DNA of 51,928 bases from Dehalococcoidia bacterium (GCA_040882355.1 JBBEBM010000079.1:1-51928); one strand, 5' to 3'; positions 1 to 9,476 are shown, counted from the stretch's first letter. The notes: a model not told the origin generated them from the sequence alone. Numbers and translations are program-made.

Positions 1-1
1 G

Positions 2-196
2 GGGCCGCCGGCCGCAGAGACCTATCGACGCTACCACGGGCTGATCGTGCTGCACGGCAAGCAGACCTGCCGCCCGCGCCCGCTCTGCGATCGCTGCGCC
101 CTCCTCGAAATGTGCGCGACGGGACAGGCGGGCCCGACTCACTCCGCGGGTCCGGCTCCCCCGCCGCAGGCGGATCCGCCTTTGGCGGAGGCCTGA
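2..196 (+). CDS. Endonuclease III-like HhH-GPD DNA glycosylase, C-terminal fragment (5' truncated by the window edge)
   Basis: Manual translation of frame 2: ...YRRYHGLIVLHGKQTCRPRPLCDRCALLEMCATG...; the four-Cys [4Fe-4S] FCL-type motif follows 'LIVLHGK'. Stop TGA at 194-196. Confidence 0.8.
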   Translation, partial: GPPAAETYRRYHGLIVLHGKQTCRPRPLCDRCALLEMCATGQAGPTHSAGPAPPPQADPPLAEA

Positions 197-254
197 CGCA
201 CCCACGGCCCCGGGCGTGGTACAATCGCGGCACTCTGGACAAGGAGGCTCATCC

Positions 255-566
255 ATGAAGCCGTTACGCGGGTGGGACATCGTGGAGTTCGGCCGGATGG
301 CCGGGTTCGCTATCATCGCGATCGGGTTTGGCGTTGCCGCTTGGGAAGCGATCGATCTCAACGGCGAGGACTCTGGGATTGAAGGTTCCCAGATATTTCG
401 CGGCTTCCTCACCAGCGTACTCGCGTGGCTCCAAACGGGCGCGCTCGTGATCCTGGTCGCGGAAATCGCTAGCCGTCTGGGGGTCGCCGGGCAGGAGGAA
501 GGCGTGCTTGACGAGGGTGAGTCAGCCGACACCGAGAGCGCTGGCGAGCCACCCGAGGTGAACTAG
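255..566 (+). CDS. Hypothetical two-TM membrane protein with acidic tail
   Basis: SD AAGGAGG at 241-247 precedes ATG 255; two hydrophobic segments. Confidence 0.6.
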   Translation: MKPLRGWDIVEFGRMAGFAIIAIGFGVAAWEAIDLNGEDSGIEGSQIFRGFLTSVLAWLQTGALVILVAEIASRLGVAGQEEGVLDEGESADTESAGEPPEVN

Positions 567-780
567 CCCTCGTCCGGCGGGCCAGGCGCACCCTTCGCGG
601 AGGTCAGGCTTCAGCCTGACGCGCCACAGATCGTGCGAGAGACGCGGCTCATCCGCCAGCTCGCGAACGTGCCTGCCGCGACCATGCCGGCGAGCGCGGT
701 CTCTAGAGGAAGCTGCGCGTCTCAGCGCGCAGACGTGCAATCTACGACTCCCCGCGATTCTGTGATAGCCTGCCACTGCC

Positions 781-1371
781 ATGGCCAGCGCCCCGCGCAC
801 CACCACCAAGCGAATGTCCCGCGCCGCTGCGCAACCGGCGCATCCTGAGCTAATCGAAGGGCTGCCCGACTACCTGCGGCGTGGTCTCGACATCGTCTTC
901 GTCGGCATCAACCCGGGGCTCGCGTCGGCCGCGAAGGGGCGACACTACGCCGGGCCCGGCAACCACTTCTGGCCACTGCTCCACGAGGCGGGCTTCTTGC
1001 CCGAGCCCCTCACGCACGAAGAAGACTGGCGTTGCCCGAAGTTCGGCGTTGGCCTGACGAACCTCGTCGACCGCCCGTCGCGCGGCATCGATGACCTCTC
1101 GCGCGACGAGATGCGCGCGGGCGCGGGCCGGCTGCGCGAGAAGCTCCGCCGCTGCCGGCCGCGCGTTGTCTGCTTCAACGGCAAGCTCATCTATGAAGTG
1201 TTCGCCGGCCATCGCTGCGATCTCGGCCTGCAGGCGGAGCGTCTGCCTGAGGGCGCCCTCGTCTACGTCATGCCCTCGACGAGCGCGCGCACGGCCAGCT
1301 ACCAGCGCTCCGACAAGCTGCGCTTCTTCCGCGAGCTGAAGCGCATCGTCGATCGGGAGGCGTCACAGTGA
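781..1371 (+). CDS. mug: G:T/U mismatch-specific DNA glycosylase (UDG family 2, TDG/MUG)
   Basis: GINPG, GPGNHFW, FNGKLIYE and MPSTSAR motifs. Confidence 0.9.
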   Translation: MASAPRTTTKRMSRAAAQPAHPELIEGLPDYLRRGLDIVFVGINPGLASAAKGRHYAGPGNHFWPLLHEAGFLPEPLTHEEDWRCPKFGVGLTNLVDRPSRGIDDLSRDEMRAGAGRLREKLRRCRPRVVCFNGKLIYEVFAGHRCDLGLQAERLPEGALVYVMPSTSARTASYQRSDKLRFFRELKRIVDREASQ

Positions 1372-1937
1372 GCGGGCGCCGTCGCAGACGGACGCGAGGG
1401 CGCAGCGAGCAGGGCGTTGCAACTGCGGTCGCGGAGCCTCCTCCGGTCGAAGCGCCCTCGCCCGACGAGACGCCGATCTTCTCAGAACGGCTGACCGCGT
1501 TTCTCGAGTCCTACTATGCGGGCGAGGCGCCGAACGCGGGCCGTTTCTGCGGCCACTGCTACAGCCCGCTCGCCAAAGAGCGCACGGAGTGCCCGCACTG
1601 CGGCCGTTCGGTGAAGGAGCGCCCGCCCGTCGGCTACGTGCCGGACCCCGTGCGCGAGATGTTCCGTCGCACGCGCGGCCGCGAGAGCCTGATCGTGAAC
1701 AGCTTCGCCTACCTGGGGCTGGCGCTGGCCGTGCTCATCTTCATCGTCGCATTCGCCATCACGTTCTCGCTCAGCGGGAACGTCTGGCTGCTCGCGCTCG
1801 ATACGCTCCTGCTCTTCGTGCTCGCTCGCGTGCTCGCGGGCCTGCTCGGCGGCTGGATCGGCGACGAGCTCGGCCATCGCTACGCCCAGCGCAAGCTCGC
1901 CGAGGAGTGGCAGACCTTCGCAGCGGAGCGCGCCTAG
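1368..1937 (+). CDS. Zinc-ribbon membrane protein
   Basis: FCGHC...ECPHCG Cys pairs and two C-terminal TM helices; GTGA overlap with the mug stop. Confidence 0.65.
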   Translation: MSGRRRRRTRGRSEQGVATAVAEPPPVEAPSPDETPIFSERLTAFLESYYAGEAPNAGRFCGHCYSPLAKERTECPHCGRSVKERPPVGYVPDPVREMFRRTRGRESLIVNSFAYLGLALAVLIFIVAFAITFSLSGNVWLLALDTLLLFVLARVLAGLLGGWIGDELGHRYAQRKLAEEWQTFAAERA

Positions 1938-2001
1938 GCGCAGGACATCGAGGGCTCCCGGGCATATATAGTAAAGTGATCGAGCGCATAACTACATGAT
2001 G

Positions 2002-2030
2002 TTGACACAAATGGACCAATGGGCTATATC
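2002..2030 (+). promoter_or_regulatory. Sigma70-type promoter for pyrE
   Basis: TTGACA (2002-2007), 17 nt, TATATC (2025-2030). Confidence 0.6.
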
Positions 2031-2055
2031 TAGGGTGTCAGTGGGGGGAGTCGAG

Positions 2056-2697
2056 TTGAAGGGAACTGGTGGGAGCGTGAGTAGTTCCGAGCTTCTAGAT
2101 GAACTCCGGAACCTGATGCAAGAGTATTGCTTCGAGTACGGGGAGTTCACGCTCTCCTCGGGCCTCCCGAGCAAGTACTACTACGATGGTAAGCGCGCCA
2201 CCCTCGATCCCTACGCAGCCTCGTTGATTGGTAAGGTCCTTACGGACGTTGTCATCTCTTCCGGCGCGGAATGTGTTGGAGGCCTCGAGATCGGTTCAGT
2301 GCCCATAGCTGTCGAGGTAGGGCAGGCGGCGCTAGCTCAGCAGCGTGACCTCCCTACCTTCATCGTCAGAAAGGCACAGAAGGAGCACGGTACGCGCGAT
2401 TCGGTTGCGCAGGCGTATACCAGGCATGGAGATTTACTGCGACCCGGGCGTCGCGTCGCGATCGTCGACGACGTCATCACAACTGGCGGCTCCGTGTCGA
2501 AGGCGATCGACGCTGTGAAGCAACTGGGTTGCGAGATCGTACTCGTCGCCGTACTCGTCGAGCGGCACGAGGGAGGCGCAGAGGATTTGCGCGCACGCTA
2601 CGATGTCGTGTCGCTGTTCCGCTCCGACGAGACAGGGCATCTCTCCGTCAACCCCGACTTCGTTAGGCGGCTCGAGGCGGCCCGCGCGGCGGCGTAG
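2056..2697 (+). CDS. pyrE: Orotate phosphoribosyltransferase (start TTG 2056 or GTG 2077)
   Basis: GEFTLSSG..SKYYYD, RKAQKEHG flexible loop, VDDVITTGGS PRPP-binding motif. Confidence 0.9.
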   Translation: MKGTGGSVSSSELLDELRNLMQEYCFEYGEFTLSSGLPSKYYYDGKRATLDPYAASLIGKVLTDVVISSGAECVGGLEIGSVPIAVEVGQAALAQQRDLPTFIVRKAQKEHGTRDSVAQAYTRHGDLLRPGRRVAIVDDVITTGGSVSKAIDAVKQLGCEIVLVAVLVERHEGGAEDLRARYDVVSLFRSDETGHLSVNPDFVRRLEAARAAA

Positions 2698-2958
2698 CCA
2701 CCCCCGTAGCCCAGGCCGTCAGCCCGGGCGGCCAGTACGTCACCGGGCAGGCGATTCGCCGCCCCATGCCGCCGACTTCAGTCGGCGGTACCGCACCCGC
2801 CCACATCCTGGAGGCCGGGCCTTCAGCCTGGCGACCACGCGCGCCCACACCGTAACGATTGGCGCACCGAAGTCGTCTTCCCGGTCCGGTAGGGAGCGCC
2901 GGTGGTGGGCGTGCTACCATCAGCGAGACAAGGCGCTCGGATCGAAAGGCAGGCAAGC

Positions 2959-3618
2959 ATGGCCATCATCGGTGTCATCGAAGCGGAGCTGCAGTCGTCG
3001 AGCGAGGAGCAGACGGGCGGCATCGGTCCGCTCTTCAAGGAAACGCGCGTCGTCACGCCGTTCGCCGTCGGCGAGCTCGCCACACGCGCGCTCAAGGCGA
3101 TGCAGAAGGCCGGCGTCAAATCGGTCGCGGCGCTCTTCATCGGCGAGGCGGACCTCTTGGCTGAGCAGAAGGACGAAGAGATTGGCGTCGACAAGGCGCT
3201 TAAGCTCGTCGTGGCCGGCGACTTCGATGAGATCGCGATCGACTTCAGCGCGATGCTCGTGCACGATGAGCAAGACCTCGAGCTTTCGATCTCGGTCGAG
3301 GGCAGCTCGGAGTACGAGAAGGGCGAGCCGGCGCTCGCGGTGCTCGTGACCGGCACGGAGCTGGAGCCCGAGGGAGGCCCGTCGGCGCAGGCAGCGGTTG
3401 CGTCGAAGGGAACGGGCGACGACCTCGCAGAGCCCGACGTGCTGGACCTCGGGCCAGACTACCTGGCGCAGATGGGGACGTTCCTGGAGCGCCTTCGCGC
3501 CGAGCTCGACAAGGAGCTCTCCCTGCTCGACCCCGACGTGCGCGTCTGGGAGGAAGAGACCGCCGATCCAACGAGCGGCGGGCGCAGCTCTATCCCGGGC
3601 GTCGGGCCCGGCATCTAG
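2959..3618 (+). CDS. Hypothetical acidic protein
   Basis: Long ORF with host-like codon usage; no motif recognised. Confidence 0.6.
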   Translation: MAIIGVIEAELQSSSEEQTGGIGPLFKETRVVTPFAVGELATRALKAMQKAGVKSVAALFIGEADLLAEQKDEEIGVDKALKLVVAGDFDEIAIDFSAMLVHDEQDLELSISVEGSSEYEKGEPALAVLVTGTELEPEGGPSAQAAVASKGTGDDLAEPDVLDLGPDYLAQMGTFLERLRAELDKELSLLDPDVRVWEEETADPTSGGRSSIPGVGPGI

Positions 3619-4382
3619 ACGCCTGTCGGCCCGGCGGGCTGGTCCAGCAGCCCGAGCCCGGTGAGCGCCGGAAACAGCTCCGGCAGCGTGTCGATGCGCG
3701 CGTGCGGCTCGATGCCGTCGACGCGATGATCGCCGATCTGCACCGCCCACATTCCCACAGCGAGCGCGCCCGCCACGTCCGCCTCCGGCCAGTCACCGAT
3801 GAAGACGGCTTCGCCCGCCTCCACGGCGAGCGCGTCGAGTGTGCATGTGAACATCCCCGTCGCCGGTTTCCACAGACAGGCCTCGTCGGAGAAGGTGAGC
3901 ACTTGGAAGGAGTGCAGGAGTCCTTGGTCAGATAGCAGATCGCGAAGCACCGCGCCGCTCGACCAGCCAGTGTTCGACACAAGACCCATGACCAGACCGC
4001 GCCGACGCGCCGCGCCTAGGATCTGATGCGCGCCGGGTACCGGGATCGGCGGGTGCCGCTTGATCGCCCCTGCCAACGCGTCGCCAAGGGCGCGCTTGTC
4101 GTCGTCCAACACCCGGCTTGCCAGGCCTTGGTCGAGCAGCTCCAACAACAGATCAACCCGATCGGGCGGGGCGAGGTCGCGGCCCTCTGCGTTGATAGCG
4201 GTGTGATGAGTGCTGAAGGCCTTGAGTGCGGCCGCGATGGTGTCTTGCTCGTACGCGTAGCCCGCCGCCTCCAGCGCCTGAGCCGCGAGCCGCGCCCGCG
4301 TCACGCTGCGGGGCTCCGGGCCGCGCACAGAGTCGTCGACCAGCGTTCCCCAGAGATCGAAGAGCAGCGCGCGAATCGCCAT
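3615..4382 (-). CDS. HAD-superfamily hydrolase
   Basis: FDLWGTL motif I, SNT motif II, KP motif III, IGDWPEAD motif IV; SD CAGGAGG before ATG 4382. Confidence 0.88.
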   Translation of the reverse strand: MAIRALLFDLWGTLVDDSVRGPEPRSVTRARLAAQALEAAGYAYEQDTIAAALKAFSTHHTAINAEGRDLAPPDRVDLLLELLDQGLASRVLDDDKRALGDALAGAIKRHPPIPVPGAHQILGAARRRGLVMGLVSNTGWSSGAVLRDLLSDQGLLHSFQVLTFSDEACLWKPATGMFTCTLDALAVEAGEAVFIGDWPEADVAGALAVGMWAVQIGDHRVDGIEPHARIDTLPELFPALTGLGLLDQPAGPTGV

Positions 4383-4396
4383 CGGTGCCTCCTGGA

Positions 4397-4428
4397 AAAG
4401 CAAACCGCCCCGAATCATCGGGGCGGCT
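4397..4428 (-). terminator. Probable intrinsic terminator after tatA
   Basis: Minus strand reads CCGCCCCGA-TGAT-TCGGGGCGG followed by TTTGCTTTT. Confidence 0.6.
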
Positions 4429-4448
4429 ATTCGATCACATGGCGCTTG

Positions 4449-4769
4449 CTACTTGACGGTGGCTTGAGTGGGGGCGCCGCACTTGGCACAGAACTTCGTC
4501 TCCGCGCTCAGCTCGGCGCCGCAGTTGCTGCAAAAGCGGCCCGTGGGAGCGGCTCCGGCTGCTGTGCTCGAAGGCTGATCAGCGGAGGGCGCTCCATCGG
4601 CCGCCTCCGCCTCGTCATCTTCCTTGACGGTGCGGCGGAACTCGCGGATCCCCTTCCCCAGCGACGAGCCGATGTCGACCAGCCTGCTCGCGCCGAAGAC
4701 CATCAGCAAGACAACGATGATGAGCCCGATTTCAAGCGGGCCGAAGCCTGGCATGCCTACTGCTAACAT
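4449..4769 (-). CDS. tatA: Twin-arginine translocase TatA/E subunit fused to a C-terminal zinc ribbon
   Basis: GFGPLEIGLIIVVLLMVFGASRL..IGSSLGKGIREFR, then FCSNCG..KFCAKCG. Confidence 0.88.
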   Translation of the reverse strand: MLAVGMPGFGPLEIGLIIVVLLMVFGASRLVDIGSSLGKGIREFRRTVKEDDEAEAADGAPSADQPSSTAAGAAPTGRFCSNCGAELSAETKFCAKCGAPTQATVK

Positions 4770-4885
4770 CGCCCCACCTCCCTTCTGAAAGGCGCATTCA
4801 GAGTAGCACCGGCCCCCAGGGTCGTCAAGCGGTTCCCAGGTTCGTTGGCGGGCCGGGCGAGGCGAGCGTATAATCGTCCGGCATC

Positions 4886-5839
4886 ATGATCATCGCCGTC
4901 TCGTCACTCGTCGCGGAGCAGTACGGCGAGCGCATTCGCGCGGTCGCGTCGAACGTGGAGCTGGTCTGGCCGGAGGGCGAAGGGTGGTCCGGCGATGAGC
5001 AGGCGGCCGGCGTCGCGTACTTCTCCGAAGACTTCTGGACGACGAACCGCGACCAGATGGTGCAGCTCTTCACGCTGCCCAACCTGCGCTGGTTCCACAG
5101 CTTCGCCGCAGGCGTCGACCACCCCGCCTTCCGGGCGCTGCTCGAACGCGGCGTCACCGTAACGAACTCCCCCGGCGGCAGCAGTCCCGCCATCGCGCAG
5201 TACGTCATCGGCATGATGCTGCGTGTCGCAAAGCGCATGGACGCGTGGGCGGAGTCGCAGCGCGACCGTCGCTGGGCGCCGATCCCGACGGAAGAGCTGA
5301 CCGGCAAGACGCTGGGCATCATCGGCGTCGGCCATATCGGTGGGGAAGTCGCCCGGCTCGCGCAGGCGTTCGGCATGCGCGTCGTCGGCTGCCGGAGGAG
5401 CCAGCGCCGCATACGCCACGTCGATGAGATCGTGCCGCCCGAGCGCCTGCGCGACCTGCTAACGCGCGCCGACTTCGTGGTGCTCGCCGTGCCGCTCACC
5501 GCAGCGACGGAAGGCCTGATCGGCGAAACGGAGCTGCGCGCTATGCGCGACGACGCGTGGCTGATCAACGTCTCCCGCGGCCGCGTCGTGGACGAGGCGG
5601 CGCTGGTGCGTGCGCTGCGCGACGGCGTGATCGGCGGCGCGTGCCTCGACGTCTTCCATCAGGAGCCGCTGCCGCTGGAGAGCGAGCTGTGGTCGCTGCC
5701 GAACGCCATCGTTACGCCGCACAATTCCGGCTGGTCGCCGCTGAATCGTGATCGCGTCGCCGACATCTTCCTGGATAACCTGCGCCGCTACGCCTCGCGC
5801 CGCCCCCTGCGCAACGTCGTCCGGCTCGCGGACCTGTAG
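4886..5839 (+). CDS. D-2-hydroxyacid dehydrogenase
   Basis: GVGHIG Rossmann motif, INVSRG, LDVFHQEPL, TPH. Confidence 0.92.
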   Translation: MIIAVSSLVAEQYGERIRAVASNVELVWPEGEGWSGDEQAAGVAYFSEDFWTTNRDQMVQLFTLPNLRWFHSFAAGVDHPAFRALLERGVTVTNSPGGSSPAIAQYVIGMMLRVAKRMDAWAESQRDRRWAPIPTEELTGKTLGIIGVGHIGGEVARLAQAFGMRVVGCRRSQRRIRHVDEIVPPERLRDLLTRADFVVLAVPLTAATEGLIGETELRAMRDDAWLINVSRGRVVDEAALVRALRDGVIGGACLDVFHQEPLPLESELWSLPNAIVTPHNSGWSPLNRDRVADIFLDNLRRYASRRPLRNVVRLADL

Positions 5840-6010
5840 CAGAGCCGCCGCGCCGGAGGTGTTCTCGAAGGCCAGGCGCTAGCCCGGCGCACGATTACGC
5901 GTAGCGACGCCACGTTGTTGTCATGCTGAGCGAAGCGAAGTATCTGGCGGCCCCGCAGGGACGAAACGTTTGCCGGCCGCCATCCGCTTATCCGTTTCGT
6001 ATCCGCTGAC

Positions 6011-6259
6011 CTACCCCAGGAGCCGCCACACCACCGGGATCATCAGCCCGACGATCGTCAATACCGTGATGATCAGGACGACGCCGCGACGCAGGAAGAG
6101 CGGCTTGGGCGCCGGCTCCCAATCGCCGTAACCTGCCGCCTCCGAGAGGTCGTAGTCGGGGTGCGTCGGGTCGTTCGGGTCGAGCTCCCACTCGCCCTCG
6201 AGCTCCTCCTCCTCGCCGTCTTCGGCTTCGGGCCAACCCTCGCCCGGCCCGCGTTCCAT
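6011..6259 (-). CDS. Small hypothetical membrane protein
   Basis: Acidic N-terminus and one C-terminal TM helix; directly downstream of the ABM gene. Confidence 0.55.
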   Translation of the reverse strand: MERGPGEGWPEAEDGEEEELEGEWELDPNDPTHPDYDLSEAAGYGDWEPAPKPLFLRRGVVLIITVLTIVGLMIPVVWRLLG

Positions 6260-6261
6260 CG

Positions 6262-6588
6262 CTAGCTCGCGGCGGCGACCCGTCCCGCAGGGGTTTCGAC
6301 GATCACCGCCTCATAGGTCCTGAGGTGCGGCGGCCCCTCGACCACGCCCATCAGCGAGCCGGCCTGCCGGTGCCCCTGCACGAAGGCGTCGCTCTGCGTC
6401 CACGCGATGAACGCGTCACGGCTCTCCCAGGTGCTGTGACTGATGAACTCGCCCTCGTCGCCGCGCAGCAGCGCGAACTGGACGAAGCCGGGCACGCCCT
6501 TCAGGTGGCTCTCGCGCTCGCGCCACACCTGCTCGAACGCGTCCTCCTGGCCGGCCGCGATCTTGAAGTTGTTCATGGCGATAAACAT
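6262..6588 (-). CDS. Antibiotic biosynthesis monooxygenase family (IsdG/HmoA-like heme-degrading)
   Basis: MFIAMNNF, VPGF..F.LLRG, W.S.DAF..WT.S..F..GH pattern. Confidence 0.85.
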   Translation of the reverse strand: MFIAMNNFKIAAGQEDAFEQVWRERESHLKGVPGFVQFALLRGDEGEFISHSTWESRDAFIAWTQSDAFVQGHRQAGSLMGVVEGPPHLRTYEAVIVETPAGRVAAAS

Positions 6589-6784
6589 CGGCGCGCTCCT
6601 CTCTCGATTCGGTACGTGATCATGTTACACGATGGCAGCGGTGCGGTGGACGGGCGGCATGTAGGGGCGCACGGCCGCGCACCCCCTGTCATTCTGGGCG
6701 AAGCGAAGATATGGCGCCGGCAAGCGAAGGTCTCTCACCCGGGGTAGCGTCAGATCCCCCGTGGTGCTCGTCGAGCTTCGAGAC

Positions 6785-7633
6785 TCAGATCTCCCCCCGG
6801 AACTCCTGGTACAGCCGCCCCACGTTCAGCGGCAGGCGCTCCGGCTCCGCCCACGACCCGTACTCGCCCAACTCGATGCCGCGCCACGCGTCCCGCTCCG
6901 AGCGCCCGGCGTCGAAGGCGGCGCGCGCCTGGTCGCGGACCGATTGCAGGTAGCCGCGCATCTCGCGCAGATCCGCCTTCCCGGCGACGGGCCCGTGCCC
7001 GGGCGCGATCGTGTCCACCTCCATCGCGTCGACCTTGTCGCACACCTCCAGCCATCCTCCGACGTGGCCCTCGAGCGCGAGCGGCGTCACGTACAGGAAC
7101 GCGACGTCTCCCGCGAAGAGAAGCCGTTCTTCCGGCAGCAGCACCAGCGCGTCGCCGATCGTGTGTGCCGGGCCCAGGTGAACGAGGCGGACCGTGCGGT
7201 CTTCGTGGTGCAGCGTCAGCTCGCCCTCGAACGTGAGGTCGGGCAGCCGCAGCTCGACGCCATCCGTCTCCGCGACGAGCTCCGGAATGCGCGGCCGCAG
7301 GATCTCCAGCACGCTCGTCCCGACGCGCTGCTGCTCGCGGCGGGCGTTGGCGTGGCTGATGATCTGCGCCTCCGCGAAGAGCGCGTTGCCCAGCGTGTGG
7401 TCGACGTGGTGGTGCGTGTTGATCAGCATGCGCACCGGCTTGTCGGTAACGCGCCGGATCTCGTGGCGGAAGGCCCGCGTTATCGACGGCGCGAACAGCG
7501 CATCGATCACGATGCACGACTCCGCGCAGACGATCAGCCCGGCGTTGCTCACGCACAGCCCGCCGCCTTCCTGCACGTACGCAAACACGCCGCCAGCGAT
7601 CTCGATCAGTCCGGTCGGCCACGTCCTAGACAT
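6785..7633 (-). CDS. MBL-fold metallo-hydrolase (cyclase-like)
   Basis: THHHVDH, AHT.GD, FAGD, PGHG motifs. Confidence 0.9.
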   Translation of the reverse strand: MSRTWPTGLIEIAGGVFAYVQEGGGLCVSNAGLIVCAESCIVIDALFAPSITRAFRHEIRRVTDKPVRMLINTHHHVDHTLGNALFAEAQIISHANARREQQRVGTSVLEILRPRIPELVAETDGVELRLPDLTFEGELTLHHEDRTVRLVHLGPAHTIGDALVLLPEERLLFAGDVAFLYVTPLALEGHVGGWLEVCDKVDAMEVDTIAPGHGPVAGKADLREMRGYLQSVRDQARAAFDAGRSERDAWRGIELGEYGSWAEPERLPLNVGRLYQEFRGEI

Positions 7634-8087
7634 CGCTATGCCAGTGCTGTGGTTCGAGGCTGGGCGCTGCAGGCTGCGTACCGTCCATCACGGTGGGGCC
7701 CGTGCGGGGAACAAAGAACGCAAGCAGCCCAGCGGTCGGCGCCAGCAGCGAGGTAGTCGCGGGAATGAGCAGCACTCCCGAGATGAGGGTCCAGCCCGCG
7801 ATGCGGAGCGGCAGGCCCGCCCTGGCCACGCTTGCATGTCGCGCGAGGATGCCTGCAGCCAGCGCCAGGACTCCAGTACCGACACAGACGAACAAGCCCC
7901 AGACCGGCAAGGCGTCTCGTAGGAGCAAGGCGGTCATCGCCGCGGCCAGAGCAACGGGCAGGCCAAGCATGACGAACGCGGTCGCGCGCCACTCACCCAG
8001 GCGGCCTGTCGCCACAGCGAAACCGGAGGCGCGTGCGAGTGCCCAACTGGTGAGTGCCAGGAAGACGACGTATGTTAGGTAGAGCAC
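7626..8087 (-). CDS. Hypothetical multi-TM membrane protein
   Basis: About five hydrophobic segments; collinear with its neighbours. Confidence 0.5.
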   Translation of the reverse strand: MLYLTYVVFLALTSWALARASGFAVATGRLGEWRATAFVMLGLPVALAAAMTALLLRDALPVWGLFVCVGTGVLALAAGILARHASVARAGLPLRIAGWTLISGVLLIPATTSLLAPTAGLLAFFVPRTGPTVMDGTQPAAPSLEPQHWHSDV

Positions 8088-8126
8088 GAGATGACCTCTA
8101 CGATGAGTGCGCGAGTCCGGGCGCCA

Positions 8127-9410
8127 TTAGAACGTCACCGGGAGCGCCCGCAAGCTGCGCACCAGCATGAGCTCGTCCCAATCGAGGCGCTCCGTGCCCA
8201 GCCGGAGCTTGGGGAAGCGCTCGATGACGGCGCCGAAGGCGATCTGCGCCTCGACGCGAGCCAGGGGCGCTCCGAGGCAGTGGTGGACGCCGTACCCAAA
8301 GGCCAGATGGTGGTTGTCGCGGCGGGTGACATCAAGGCTGTCTGGGTTGGTGAAACGGGCTGAATCGCGGTTCGCTGCTCCCAGGAGCAGCATGACCTGC
8401 TCTCCCGCCCTGATGGTTTGGCCGCCGATCTGGACGTCTTCAAGGACAAACCGGCTCGTCGCCTGCGCGGGCCCATCGTAGCGGAGGAGCTCTTCGGTCG
8501 CGCTTCCGATCAGGTCCGGCTCGCGTCGCAGCAGCTCGATCTGATCGGGGTGCTGGAGCAGCGCCAGGAGGCCGGTGCCGATAAAGTTCGTCGTCATGGC
8601 ATGGCCAGCATTGAGGAGCAGGTGACAGGTAGCCAGGACCTCGTCCATGCTCAGGCTGTCGCCAGCCTCCTCCGCTACCAACAGAGCGCTGATGAGATCG
8701 TCCCTCGGCTGCTGCCTTCGCTCCTCCACCACCTGCCTGAAATACGTCGCGAGTTGACGCGCCGCGGTGTCCGATCGGCTTAGCTCGTTGGGCGTTTGGT
8801 ACCCTATCGCGAGCAGCATTTCGTCCGACCAGTGCTTGAAGCGCTCGCGGTCCTCCGGCGGGACTCCAAGCAACTCCGCGATGACGGTGACCGAGAGCGG
8901 CACCGCGAGATCTTGGATGACGTCCATTTCACCGGCCGGTCGCACGTCGTCCAGGCACTGCTTAACGATCTCTCGGATGCGGGGTCGCAGCGCTTCCACC
9001 GCCCGCGGGCTGAACGCGCGGCCGACCAGGGCGCGCAGTCTCGTGTGATCGGGCGGGTCCAGGCTCAACATGGTGGGAGGGAGCTCAGCCTGCTCGTCGA
9101 GCGTGTGGTCCGCCACGCTCTGGTCTGTCGCGTGCGTATGGCGATACAGCTTCCTCAGGTCTGTCAGGAACCGGCCGTCGCGGAGGACGCCGGTCACGTC
9201 TTCATGCCGGGTGAGCACCCAGGCCTTCGCCAGGAGGCTACGGTGGACGCGGTCGCCGTCCTGCAGCGACCGGTACATCGGGTATGGGTTGCTCCAATAT
9301 TCCGGGCCGAACGGGGTATAGGTCGCGCCCGTCCTGCGCCGCTCGATCTCGAGCAGCGCGAGCGCCCTCAGCGATCTGGCGGTGCGCTTTAGACGTCCGG
9401 GTATGCTCAT
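8127..9410 (-). CDS. Cytochrome P450 with an atypical I-helix
   Basis: DPPDHTRLR, EELLRY (ExxR), FGYGVHHCLG heme motif; I-helix reads AGHAMTT. Confidence 0.93.
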   Translation of the reverse strand: MSIPGRLKRTARSLRALALLEIERRRTGATYTPFGPEYWSNPYPMYRSLQDGDRVHRSLLAKAWVLTRHEDVTGVLRDGRFLTDLRKLYRHTHATDQSVADHTLDEQAELPPTMLSLDPPDHTRLRALVGRAFSPRAVEALRPRIREIVKQCLDDVRPAGEMDVIQDLAVPLSVTVIAELLGVPPEDRERFKHWSDEMLLAIGYQTPNELSRSDTAARQLATYFRQVVEERRQQPRDDLISALLVAEEAGDSLSMDEVLATCHLLLNAGHAMTTNFIGTGLLALLQHPDQIELLRREPDLIGSATEELLRYDGPAQATSRFVLEDVQIGGQTIRAGEQVMLLLGAANRDSARFTNPDSLDVTRRDNHHLAFGYGVHHCLGAPLARVEAQIAFGAVIERFPKLRLGTERLDWDELMLVRSLRALPVTF

Positions 9411-9476
9411 GGGAAGCTCGCAGCCGTCTCAAGAACCTCGACGGCCAGCGCCACCATGCATCTTCTCACAGGCGTG

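Noticed and set aside
4359..4418. MIRGGLLF upstream of the HAD start MAIRALLF, resembling a fourth 5' duplication
   Set aside because: The match is short, needs gaps, and is explained by the tatA terminator hairpin and U-tract.
6750..6805. tcagatcccccg vs tcagatctcccccc as a duplicated 3' end of the MBL gene
   Set aside because: Only 7 contiguous identical bases; not distinguishable from chance.
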